From positions 58,034,001-58,098,000 of the forward strand of contig NC_045697.1 in assembly GCF_009834535.1 (NCBI RefSeq): a DNA stretch of 64,000 bases, in the 5' to 3' direction. Both the position numbers and the translations under genes were made by a program. The notes below the pieces were generated by a model, which ran no database searches, was not told the DNA's origin, and saw only the letters and a list, made by a program, of their open reading frames with translations. Of this stretch, positions 10,816 through 22,379 are shown one piece after another. The first letter of the stretch is position 1; every line of letters starts with the position of its first letter. The DNA is from Camelus ferus (Eukaryota).

Positions 10816-12129
10816 CTGTTATAATGTAACCTAACAGAATTGTAGGAATTCTCAATTGTAGGAAAAAGCACCTCAGTTGGCTTGTAAGACTGATTTCTTC
10901 CAGGTATTTGAAGGGCTGCAAACAACAGAACCGCTCAGTTCAATCCAAGTTCCATGTGTAGTGATAACCTTGAACTCTAAGTACCATAGCATCACAGAGA
11001 AGAAAAGTTTTTAAGCATCTCTGGCTTTCTATTTGGTCATAAGTAAAGCTTGCAAGTAATACTGAAAACCTCTTCAATTTTAATTAAAATTTTTTTTAAT
11101 TTGGTTTAATTTTTTTCTGCCTTATTAAGAAGACCACCACTTCCAATCAAGCCTGTTGTTTATTTTTTGGTGGTTCTGCCTATTTTTCTTCTACTATTAA
11201 ATACTTAAGTTTTCATTGTTTATTGCTGCTGTTGTCTATAGTGTTTTGGTTTTTTTTAATTTGGGGCTGCTGAGTTCTTACTCAGAGCGTTCTTTGACAT
11301 TGGATACCATCTTCTCAGCTTGAAAACTAGGACACATACCTAATATTTTATATCTCTATGCTTTGGAGAAAAAGTTACTGCCTCTCCATAATCCAACTTG
11401 ATTTGGTGTTTCTACGGGGGTGTTTATTTAAGGGCTGTAACATATGAAGCTGCAGTGTAAAATAGCACATTAACATTTAGCACCAGGTTGGTTTTTCAAA
11501 CAGGCAGTGATACAATTTTAAGAGTTCCCCAAAGTATTTTAAAGACTGAGAAAACATTTGTGTCATGAGAAAGCCATAGTTTAAAGCTTATGAGCTTTCC
11601 ACCCTACTAAGAAAAGCATGTAAAACAACCCACAGAGGATAGGGTAGAACAAAAATAGGTGGATCTGTAATTACCAGGAGCATTAGGTTCAGCATACAAA
11701 ATAGGATCCCTCCTATATGTATGAATCTTTAATGGTAAAACATGTTTTCTTTAATAGTTGGCCACTAATAGTCAGCTTTTTCTAAATTTACTAAGTCTTC
11801 CTTAGAAATCTTGACTCTGGAAATATTCTTTGCTTATGAGAGAAGTAAACTTAAGTCATGGTCACTCTGGACTTATTTTTGCAGTTCAAGCCAGATCTGC
11901 TTTTATGAACAGTTTTTATTTCTGTTTCAGATAAATGTTTTTGCCTCACCAAAGACTGAATCCAAATTTAACTGTTCTGATAGAATTTTTCTACTACAAT
12001 CACCATATGTTGCTCACATCTTTTATTTGTACCCGTAATAGCCACTAGAGACTAAACTAATTCACCCTAAACACTCCAACGAGAGTGTTCTTCATAAAAT
12101 GCAATTCTGATAATGTCAAAAGACATTGC

Positions 12130-12340
12130 TGTATAGGTATTAAGATTGGGAGTTCAGATCTTGGTGCTCCCACTAATTACCAATATGTTTAAACCACCCA
12201 GGATTCAATTCCCTCCTCTGTGAATTGGGAATAATAATAATGTATCCTACTCCATAGACTATTGAGGGAATTAAGGTTTGGTTCATATAAGACACTTAGA
12301 TCAGATCCTGGCAATTTTCAAGCACTCGTAACATATTAGG
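12130..12340 (+). mobile_element. MIR SINE
   Basis: caattccctcctctgtgaattgggaataataataatgtatcctac...gacacttagatcagatcctggca is the MIR core and 3' part. Confidence 0.7.
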
Positions 12341-12505
12341 TATGAGTGTTAGCACCATGTTTTTAAAATCTGCAATTGTTCCCCAGTGAATACAGAAGTA
12401 AATTGGGGATCTCTGCATGGAATCTCCACAAGTCGGTTGTAACCTATTTTTCAAATGTATCTCAAAATACAGACTTCATCCTTCTTACTCCAATACCAGT
12501 CTGTA

Positions 12506-13215
12506 TTTTATACAGCTTTATTGAGATAGAATTCACATATCATAAAATTAACCCTTTTAAAGTATACAATGCAATGGTTTTTAGTACGTTCACAAGTTTG
12601 TGTAACCTTCAAAATGATCTGATTTTAGAACATTTCATCATCCTGCGAGGAACCATCAAACTCTTTAGCAGTCATTCCACTTCCCATTTACTCGCTACCA
12701 CCCCCTCCTCATCCCTTAGCAACTACTAGGCTACTGTCTGTCTCTCTAGATTTGCCCTTCTTGACATTTTTATGTAAATGGAATCACACAAGGTATGGTC
12801 TTCTGTGTCTTGCTTCTTTCACTTAGCATAATACTTACAAAGTTCATCCATGTTGTAGCATGTGTGAATAAGAGATGCATTTTAATAACCAAATAATATT
12901 CTGTCCATTTAACTGTTCATGAACATGTGGGTTACTTCCAGTTCTTAACTATTGTGAATAATGTTGCCATAATTGTGTGGATGTTTGTTTTCACATTATT
13001 TGTGGTATATACCTACGCTAGAATTGCACAGCATGGTAACTCCGTGTTTAACATTTTGAGGCATTCCTAAACTGTTTTCCAGTGTGGCTATACCATTTTT
13101 TGACCCCACTGGCTATCGTGTGAGGGTTCCAATTTCTCTGCGTACTCACCAGCACTAATTATTGTCTATCCTTTTTTATTTTAGCCATTCTCATGGATAT
13201 GAATTGGTATTATAG
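12506..13215 (-). mobile_element. Old L1 (L1MB-like) 3' end
   Basis: acagctttattgagatagaattcacata...aatggaatcacac...ttcatccatgttgtagcatg...actgttttccagtgtggc is the antisense L1M 3' UTR/ORF2 end. Confidence 0.85.
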
Positions 13216-14289
13216 TCTATAATTTTTTAACTCTCTCTGTACTCTTATATCTCTGTCCATTTATTCTTGCTGTTCTCTTTTACAGCAGTCCCCCTTTTCT
13301 CTTACCTGATCTCCTACTAAGGAGTTGAACTCCTATTCTTCCTTGAAGGTGAAAAATCTCACCTAAGAAGCATAATCCAATCTACCACTAAAAAAAGGAA
13401 TCATCTTCTGCCTACTCATATAGCACGTTAATCTTTATTACAGCATTTTAAATGTTTTGCTCTGCAACAAAAGCAAATATTGTATTTTTACTTATTTCCT
13501 AAACAGACACTAAAAGGATATGATCCTATTTAACATAGTGCTTTACCAATAGAAAAACACTGAGTGTTTCTCAAATTTACCTTTGACCCATTGTTCATTC
13601 TGGTAATTAGAGAAATGAGCACACTTGACTGGCCTCAAATGTTTTCCAATAAAATACTGTCTCTTTTTAAAGAATAAATGTGCTTTTTAGATTACCAAGA
13701 GATGAACTGAATTGATATTTCACAATATTTGTTAATATTATGTTTACCTGCCAGCCTCCGTCACTTGATTTCAATTTTCTTGAGGATAGATATCATCCCA
13801 GTGCATAGAACAATTTCAGAGGCATAAAAGGATGCAGACTTCTGTTTACCTAATCTATTGAATTACAATGAAATAATAGTTATATTTTATTCTCTCTCTC
13901 AGCAAAGGACAATGACACAAGGGCTAATATATCATTTATTTCTCTGGCTGTGATACACAAATTCAAGTATGAGTCAAACGGATGTTTCTTCTAGAATTAC
14001 ATTAGGTTGCTTGTGAAAATTATGTAACCACTAATGGAGCTGACACCTAGGTATATTCACATTAAGTTTAGAGATGTGGGCTTTGATTGAAGTTTCTTGA
14101 ATAGAAAGAGAAAATAACTGACGGTACTTTTTTTTTTAATATTGGTGACTGCTTTTACTTTGTATAATATATCATTGGTCTTGCAGAAATATAACCATAA
14201 ACAGCCCTGGTCTTCATTTAGGACACTTGTGCTACTCTGCATCAAATGTCCTCCAAGAAATTATCTAGTCATTATTCTCCTCCCTTTCA

Positions 14290-14510
14290 ATAATAATGGT
14301 TATCATTATGTATGTATTCATCTCTTACCCTGGACCAGACATTGTATCAATTCCTTCATATAGATTATCTTCTTTAATATTCACCAAAAACCCCAAAGAT
14401 ATAATTTATCTCATGTTAAACATGTGCAATTGAGACACAGACAAGTAACTTGCCTAAGATCCCACCACTAGTTAGTGGTAGAGCTAGAGTTTGAACACAG
14501 GCAGACTGTT
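14290..14510 (-). mobile_element. MIR SINE
   Basis: aagtaacttgcctaagatcccacc...agtggtagagctagagtttgaacacaggcagactg. Confidence 0.8.
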
Positions 14511-15851
14511 TTCCTAGAAAACACTGTCTCCCTTTTATTAGTTCCAAATTTCATGTAAATACCAAAATACACAGAATACAAAATAAAGGCAGTGATCCTT
14601 AGAACTACTCCAAGTTCAGGACTCCATGGTTAGAGGCACATTACTTCATTTTCTTCTACCTAGCTCTTCACTCCTCTCCTTAACCCAGCTCTTCAGTCTT
14701 CTCCTCCCTCTCACATTTCACTTCTAAATACTCAATAATTAAATTAACTTTTAGGGATTCACAGTGGAAAATGTGGCAGTTAATTACTCTTGGGTTACCT
14801 CAAAATCATGGCTAAAAATCACTTAAATTTTACAAAAGTAATCATGCAATATGTTACACAATAGATACAGAACCTCTGGAGAATGAAAACGACACCCATG
14901 CCATACCAGACAGATAAACTAGGTGCCACACTTCAATAAAACAGATCATTTACACCAAATATACAGAATTATGTATCGCAGTCCACTCTTTCCAGTCCCC
15001 AATGTAATAGCTCCTTTGGCTTGACACAATTCCATGAAGTGTTCCTTATAGAACCATTCTTGGAAACATTGCTAGAAAATCTAATCAAGTTGGCAAAGTA
15101 TTAAAAAAAAGTAATAGATGGTGCTCATATATCAAAGATTTCTTCAAAGAACACTCTCTTAAAGTACATTACATACAGGAGAGCTGCATTCTCACTTGAT
15201 CTTTTGTGCCCAGTGTTTCTTGTTTGCTTGTTTGGAACAGTAGTAGCATCACCACCAAGAATTACAGAATCAGCTTGGAGGCAAGGAATGAACAATATTT
15301 TTTCTTCTCTCAAAACTACTTACTGTACCTGTATTGTTATAGAATCTTGAAAGAAATCTTTGGCATTCAATATTCTCAATAATGTCATTGAGACAAGCAG
15401 ATCCTGGCTATTAAAATGATAGCATAGTTTTTAGACTTTTTAAAGAAAAATAATACTCTGCATTGTGTCAGTGACTCAGCACATAGATAAATTTTGGGAG
15501 ACCATACTAATTTTGAAAAAGAGAACCATATAAACATGGGCAGTGGGTTAGTTTAGCAGTTTGTCTCTACATGCTTTCACAGTAGTTATTTCCCTACTGT
15601 ACCCCATTTATTACTTCACCCCATTTCTTACTCCAACTTCCCCTTCCATTTCTTACCAAAAGAATTTATCCTGATCAATTTAGGTTATTCTCTAAATGTG
15701 TGCTTCTTCCCTGAATATAGGGGGGAAAAAAAAGAAAGAAACAAAAAAAGAAAATGCCTGATGAAGATCAAAACTGGTAGCAAACACTATCAATTCAGAC
15801 TCTTAGGAATTCTTGGAATACAGAATTAATGCATTGATACATGCATTCATT

Positions 15852-16729
15852 GAAAAATGCTCAGTTATCACTAATTATCAGAGAAATGCAAAGCAAAACT
15901 ACAGTGAGATATCACCTCACGCCAGTCAGAATGGCCATCATTCAAAAATCGACAAACAATAAATGCTGGAGAGGCTGTGGAGAAAAGGGAACCCTCATAC
16001 ACTGCTGGTGGGAATGTAGTTTTGTGTGGCCATTATGGAAAACAGTATTGAGATTCCTCCAAGAACTAAAAATAGACTCATCATATGATCCACCAATCTC
16101 ACTCCTGGGCATATATTTGGAGGGAATTCTAATTCAAAAAGATACACGTACCCCAATGTTCATAGCAGCACTATAAACAATAGCCAAGACATGGGAACAA
16201 CCTAAATGTCCATCAACAGATGACTGGATAAAGAAGTTGTGGTACATTTATACAATGGAATACTACTCAGCCATAAAAATAAAATAATGTCATTTGCAGC
16301 AACATGGATGGACCTGGAGATTGTCATTCTAAGTGAAATAATCCAGAAAGAGAAAGAAAAATACTATACGATATCACTCACATGTGGAATCTAAAACAAA
16401 CCAAAAAAAAGACACAAATGAACTTATTTACAAATCAGACAGATTCATAGACGTAGAAAAAAAGTTATGGCTACTGGGGAATAGAGGGTGGGAAGGGATA
16501 AATTGGGAATTTGAGATTTACAGATACTAACTACTATATAAAAATGGCAAAAAACAAGTTCCTTCTGTATAGCACAGGGAACTATATTCAGTATCTTGTA
16601 GTAACCTATAATGAAAAAGAATATGAAAATGAATATATGTACGTACATGTATGACTGCAACCTTTGCTGCACAACAGAAATTGACACAACATTGTAAACT
16701 GACTATATACTACAATAAAAAAGATAAAA
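15852..16729 (+). mobile_element. 5'-truncated young LINE-1 with target-site duplication
   Basis: ORF2 C-terminus ([28 protein letters not shown]...[18 protein letters not shown]) plus 3' UTR and A tail. TSD atacatgcattcatt (15837-15851) vs atacatgcactcatt (16730-16744), 14/15 identical. Confidence 0.95.
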
Positions 16730-17299
16730 ATACATGCACTCATTCATTCAACCAACAAATATTTATTGACCCAGACATGTAATAGATATTAGAATACCTC
16801 TGTGAAAAAGACATAATCCTGTGTAATTTACAAACACTGACTATTGTATGTTCCCCTACTATTCTGACACTAGTTGTTCCTTTTATCCTTCAATAATTAA
16901 TCTTATTTCTCAGTGCAACTACATGCTAAAACTCTTGTGTTTCTATGATCTATACCAAGCAAGACACACTACACTGACAGGAACAAAGCAATAATTAATT
17001 CACCTTCTTAACTGCCTTAATCAAATCACTAATATTTATCTTTAAAAATAAAGATTACAGATAATTTTAGCACACTGCAATTATGTTATCAACTAATTAT
17101 TTAAAAATAATACAAAAAATTTTGCATAAGTCCCATCTATTTTCAGCATTTGAAGTTCATATCTTCTGCATCTGTGGCATCATGACAGATGGTAAGTGTC
17201 CTTAAATAATTTTTTTTAATATGAAATGTGTGCTAAATGTGGATAACCTGCTTACTCTCTTCTAAACCACAGTTTTATGAGTTTTCTGTCCAAAGTTTA

Positions 17300-17730
17300 A
17301 TTAGCTCTTCCATACTCTGTCCCTATTTCAAATTGTAGTTATTTCCATTTTCATTTGGGTTAAGAAAAAGGTTGTGATGTATGTTTAAAATATTAGCTCG
17401 TCACTAAAGAGTAGAACTGCTTCCTGTGTTCTGCCAAGGAGAGTAAATTGCTTGGAAGGATGTCAACACTGAAAAACTGTCAATAACTTTTTTGGCTCCT
17501 GTTGTTCAAAACATTTTATTAGTATTTGATCGCTGTTTTTAAAACAGACCAAAATACACTTAGGATTTATAGACTTTGGAAACACATGATTGCATGTTAA
17601 GCCAAAATCCTTTTCTTTCTCATTATATCAATTCCATTCAAAAGTATGAATCCATATTTGAACCTCTGACATTATATTTTTTCGATATAAGGTATGTTCC
17701 ACCTGGATCCCATCCAGAGAGACTTAATAA
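17300..17730 (-). pseudogene. Fossil transposase-like C-terminal segment: SLDGIQVEHTLYRKNIMSEVQIWIHTFEWN*YNEKEKDFGLTCNHVFPKSINPKCILVCFKNSDQILIKCFEQQEPKKLLTVFQC*HP...
   Basis: Over 110 codons with only a few stops in AT-rich DNA, on the same strand and downstream of the transposase-like motifs. Exact exon edges not resolved. Confidence 0.4.
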
Positions 17731-17769
17731 TCAAATGTATCTCATAATGTTGAGGAAAAAGCATACAAC

Positions 17770-17900
17770 CAAGATTTAGGAGACTTAGATTCAACCATCT
17801 TGGCAGTTAGATTCCTTAGGTCTCAGTTCTGAAAAATATGGAGATAATTTCTGGCTTATCTATTTCAAAGGGTTGTTGTTAATACACAACGAAATCAAAG
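17770..17900 (+). mobile_element. MIR fragment
   Basis: ggtctcagttctgaaaaatatggagataat...atctatttcaaagggttgttg. Confidence 0.55.
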
Positions 17901-18049
17901 TCTAAATTAACTTTTAAAAATTACAAATAAGTACTTTTGTGTTACAGACACCCAATGTCAATAAAAAATGTGCCAAAGAATCTTAAGATAATTGAAGAAT
18001 TTTATTAAAACACATCAAAATGTGTTAAGTGCAAAGAATAAGGCAGAAA

Positions 18050-18230
18050 TGTGCATATATAGTACATATGCTTAGAAATAACAGAAGGAAATACACTAAA
18101 ATGTGAACTGTGGTCCTCTCCAGGTAAGGTATATTAAGGTGAGGACCACAAATATTATTCTTTTTTAATCTTATCCACTTTCTTCAAATTTTCAATAGTG
18201 AATATACCTTAGTTTTCTAAGAAAAATATC
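18050..18230 (+). mobile_element. L1ME-type 3' UTR fragment
   Basis: gaaggaaatacactaaaatgtgaactgtggtcctctc...aaattttcaatagtgaatatacc. Confidence 0.6.
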
Positions 18231-18534
18231 AATGTAAAACTTGACAATTAGCTTTTTTCACTTATAGTTCACTTACTTGATTTGCTAACAGTGAATATAT
18301 AATTTAAACTGTTTATCTCTATTACTTTAATAATTTAAAGCAATTAATACTTATTGATTGGATTATGTACACTGAAGTAGTCACAATCCTAGCTCTGGAT
18401 ACCTTTCCAATATATTATCTACATCTCCCACCCATTATGAAATGAAGAGAAATATTTTCTATCCTACACAGTTTTTAAGAAATAGTTTTCATGATTATTT
18501 CTTTTTCTTTTCTCCTTCTATATTAAAATTGTAC

Positions 18535-19550
18535 TCTATATCTTATTTAATTTTCCATGTGAATAGCTTTTCTTAATTTAGATTTTTCCTCCAGAGTGTG
18601 CCATGCTTTTTAGCTCTTCGTACCACGCCTGAAGTTAGCCAGGAAGAGTAACTGATGTCTTCCATGCTCCTGGGAACCACATACAAACTAAAGTCAGTGT
18701 CTTTACTCCTGTAACTCATGGATAATGATAAAATGACTCTCTTACTGAAAAACAATTTAAAAATGTGAATTGAGAACTTAATTTTGTATATGATGTCATC
18801 CTGAAAAGTAGGTATAACAAGTGTGAAATAATTTTAAATAGTTCTACAGTGCTAACAGAGTTGAAAATTGAAATCAGCCTGTGTCCCTATATTATCTCCA
18901 CCTTATTATAATAACTTCAAACACTAAAGGTGTTGTTGAAATTAAAGTCCAGTGCTGTAGACTTTAGGTCTTTTTCTTATAATCTTATATTAGGAGTTCA
19001 AGGTTTCAAGAGCAAAAACAGTTGGAAAATAGAATTTTTGATGGTAAGAAAGGTAATTTTTCCCCTAATGTCCACCATAGAAAATATTTTAGAATAGGAA
19101 AAAGAAGTTGAAATGTAACTCATGCATTCCTTTTATTAATACTCCTCTTCCCTCTCATATAAGTTCCATGAAAGGCAGTGGATTAACTCTCTCAGTGGTA
19201 CCTGTGTTCCCACACTAAAGTTAATTGAACTTAAAAGACAAGTCTTTCAATACTCTGATCTCATTCTAAGGTTATAGAGTGCACTGACTAATGAATGAAT
19301 AAGGCACTTTGAAAACCATCTAAAATACAATATACAATTATCCACCATTAGGGGAACATATCGGAGGGTTTTACTTTCATTTTTTAAAAACTTGACTTCA
19401 GGCCAGTTCCTCATTTTACTTTATTTTTCTCATCTTGCTCTGGCTTGTGTTCAGAACTCTCATTGACTTCCAGAAGGATCTTTGCATTTGGCTCAGCGTC
19501 AATAGTAGAAAACTATATATTGAACAGACCTTTACTGCTTCTGAATATCT
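18535..19550 (-). pseudogene. Fossil transposase-like core: (K)IFRSSKGLFNI*FSTIDAEPNAKILLEVNESSEHKPEQDEKNKVK*GTGLKSSF*KMKVKPSDMFP*WWIIVYCILDG...ITLE...RESFYHYP*VTGVKTLTLVCMWF
   Basis: Acceptor ttattttag at 19551, phase 1, matching the previous exon. Motifs IVYCILDG (19338-19315), HYP (18727-18719) and VCMWF (18688-18674). Internal splicing and frameshifts not fully resolved. Confidence 0.5.
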
Positions 19551-19681
19551 CTAAAATAATAATGTTCCACCTTCATTGGCTATCCCACAATGTATTTTTC
19601 ATCATCAACATCAAACAGTGCAAGTGACTCGGTACAAAATATTTTATAAAATGAATTCAGAGTATAAAGAAGTTTGCTTAC

Positions 19682-19935
19682 TCTTTTGTGGAATTTTCCT
19701 TAAGTTTTCTATTATTGAGTATATAGTATGTCATGTGATCCTTATAACATTTTGTGAAATGTTTAGGGTAGATGCAAGTTTCTTCATTGTGCAGAAGAGA
19801 AAATGCAGAATAGAATTATTAGCCACTGAAAAATAACTCCTGCTTCCATCAGCAGTCTCTGTGCTCCACACCTCTGGAAGGTTTCAGTATTATTCAAGGG
19901 AGTGTTGCACATCCTTATAGTGTACCAAGTATTGT
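19682..19935 (-). pseudogene. Fossil exon: (E)QYLVHYKDVQHSLE*Y*NLPEVWSTETADGSRSYFSVANNSILHFLFCTMKKLASTLNISQNVIRIT*HTIYSIIENLRKIPQK
   Basis: 254 nt; acceptor ctttcactctacag, donor a|gtaagc; phase 2 to phase 1, compatible with both neighbours. Confidence 0.65.
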
Positions 19936-20223
19936 CTGTAGAGTGAAAGTCTTCTCACACATGTATGTGCTATAATTTTAAAATATGTTTAGGTATCATC
20001 TTGATTAATGCCATAGGCCAGTTATACAGTATTAGTATAGTCACAGTATTTTTGCATTATGTAAAATCTCATTCAGTGGCATAAAAGGATTAATTCTTCT
20101 TATATACAATTTTACTCAAAATTATTTTCCAGTATAAAAGTCTTAATGTGTAAAGAATTTGAAAAGTACTGAACTAGCCCATGCTGCTAGAGAAAGTGGT
20201 ACTAAGGGAATAAAGCAGATTAC

Positions 20224-20408
20224 TCAAGAAGATGGGTTAAGGCATAATTGAAGTTAGCAAATTTGCTTCTAAAAAACTGTAGGTATGTATATATATGGAA
20301 CAGATACAGACTAACTACTGAGGCTGTCAAAAGAAATTCTATATCCAAATACACTTTTACTGGATCTATTTTTTCCAAAAGAGGTGTTATATAATACATC
20401 ACGCCCAA
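20224..20408 (-). pseudogene. Fossil exon, stop-free: LGVMYYITPLLEKIDPVKVYLDIEFLLTASVVSLYLFHIYTYLQFFRSKFANFNYALTHLL(E)
   Basis: 185 nt; acceptor agtctcag, donor ga|gtaatc; phase 0 to phase 2; lies inside ORF-track entry 20220..20441(-). Confidence 0.65.
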
Positions 20409-20495
20409 CTGAGACTTTTCCCAAAGAGACCCTAGCCCCAAATCAAGGAAGCTTAGCCTTAGAGAATAAATTTAAGCAGAAGTAATAGTCCTTAC

Positions 20496-20800
20496 CTTTA
20501 AGTGTGAGATTGCAAAGACCCGTCACTAAAGTCCTGAAAGGTGCCATTCTAGGAGCCATGCTTCACTGTCTCAGTAAAAGATAAACTGTGAAAAGAAGGG
20601 GGGTTTTCTTATTATGAATGCAGTACTTTCAATAGCTATGACAGTAACATGAGTAAGAAGCCATCAGTATTTCTGAATGAAGAAAGCTAGCATATTTGAG
20701 AGAATCTACAAGTTAGAATCCTCTAATTTATTAATAAAATATTGGTTGAATCGGTCCCAATTTCCACTTCTAATACTATCATATTCTCTCTTGTCTTAGA
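20496..20800 (-). pseudogene. Fossil exon: ...DKREYDSIRSGNWDRFNQYFINKLEDSNL*ILSN...PPFFSQFIFY*DSEAWLLEWHLSGL**RVFAISHLK
   Basis: Strong donor aag|gtaagg in phase 0. A strong acceptor cttcttttcacag at 20586 would give a 90-nt exon, but the same frame continues upstream to ~20800. Confidence 0.55.
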
Positions 20801-21179
20801 ATTACGCATAGAACGATGGTATACTAAATGATGACAGAAGAGAGGGCAGAATATGGAGAAACATTTTTAAGTGAATAACAAATATGGTATGAAAGGAAGA
20901 GAAAAATCAGAGATCCAATAGACCCTGAAAAAAGAGTCCTTGTGGATGAGAAGAAACAATGGAAACTAGAGACAAAGGATACTGATTTTCATTTCCTAAA
21001 GGGAAATAGCATTCCTCCGCTTCCCATATAGAGACAATGCTATTTTCCGGTTATAGTACCTTCTCAGCCTTAAACCTGGTTCTGACTCCACGTATGCCTT
21101 GAAAAAAGTACAATACTTCAGTTCGTATGCCCCCCACCACCACACATACACAAACACACACACACATACAACAACAACA

Positions 21180-21420
21180 AAACTGGAGTCTGTTTGCTGT
21201 TAGTTTCTTTATCGGGGCAGCAGGAGACTCTCAGCTCTTTTCTATTTGGAGATATAACCAAGATTAAAAATGAAAGCAAACAAGTAAGAGTTCCTGATCA
21301 CCCTAACAATCCACATGTGGACCTAACCACTGGGATCTGGTTTGAATATTTGGTTATTGATAAAGTGATACTAACTGCTAATGTTTGGAAGGCATAAAAC
21401 AAATCTAACTGTAATTAGGA
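21180..21420 (-). pseudogene. Possible N-terminal zinc-finger-like segment of the fossil transposase: LFYAFQTLAVSITLSITKYSNQIPVVRSTCGLLG*SGTLTCLLSF
   Basis: About 75 codons with a single TGA; TCGLLG*SGT (21318-21292) resembles the CGxxGCxRTF C2H2 start of CMC-type transposases (recalled motif). Confidence 0.35.
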
Positions 21421-22379
21421 GATAGCATGTCAATTGACAGAAAAATTAAGCAACCTTTAATAAAAACAAATAAGTAATATTGTCATTGATTGATAAAATC
21501 AGTTCTGTTGACCAATATTTCCCAACTTCATATCTTACAGTATTGCAAAGTACTTTTTGTTCTCTTTGTTTTCTACAAGATTTGATAGAAAGAGTACAAT
21601 AATTTGCCAGTGTCTTTAGTAACTTTGGATATGGATCTTTATCAGATGGGTGAGAATTAGATGAAATCCATTTTCACATTTAAGATCTGCCAAAGAAAGG
21701 ACTATTTGGGGAGATTTAATGTTTCTTTCCTGTAAGGCAAAAGGTTAAGTTCATAGAACCACAATAAATATTATAAATCTAAAACTGCCACTGAGCATTT
21801 AATCAGAGCTATAGATGACACTTATAGTATGATATTCAAAACAGTATAATTACCATTATGCCACATCTATAACAAGATCCATTCAGGCATTACGGCTATA
21901 TAATGAGGTCATAATGACTAATACTAATAATAATAATAACCACAGTTAATATATAATTTCAAGAGACAGCTATGCTTCAGTTCATGCTGTGGCATTCTTA
22001 TTAAAAAGGAAGTCCCAAAATAATTTAGAAATTATAAGGTCGATGTGTAGAAATGACAGGGCATGAATTACCTCACTGGTAGCAGAGCTCAAGTCCATGA
22101 CTAATATGTCTACTCTTTCCATCAGAAATACTAAAATTGTTGATTTTCTTCTTGTTCCCAATAATTATTAAGGAAAAATGTGAATAAGGGGCTTCTAGGG
22201 AAACATTTTGACCTTTACAATATAAAAGTGGACTTATAACAAGAAACTCATCTAGATATTTCTCCCTTGTCTTCTCTGTAAAACAAAAGCTTTTAACATG
22301 TGGAAGGAGGGGTAACAAACACCGTTGCCCACACTGCATGAGTCAAATTTCAATGCAACTGTGGGAGGAAAGAGGGAAA

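Noticed and set aside
15841..16176. 111-aa ORF (and 26..217) as host genes
   Set aside because: Both are L1 ORF2 C-terminal fragments.
20496..20585. Alternative frame containing TFQDFSDGSL, resembling a transposase DxxDG motif
   Set aside because: That frame is not phase-compatible with the next exon, whereas the phase-0 frame builds the HLK|LGVMYY motif across the junction. A frameshift cannot be excluded.
21001..21048. Hairpin aaatagcatt...aatgctattt as a structured RNA
   Set aside because: A 10-bp AT-rich stem is expected by chance in 64 kb.
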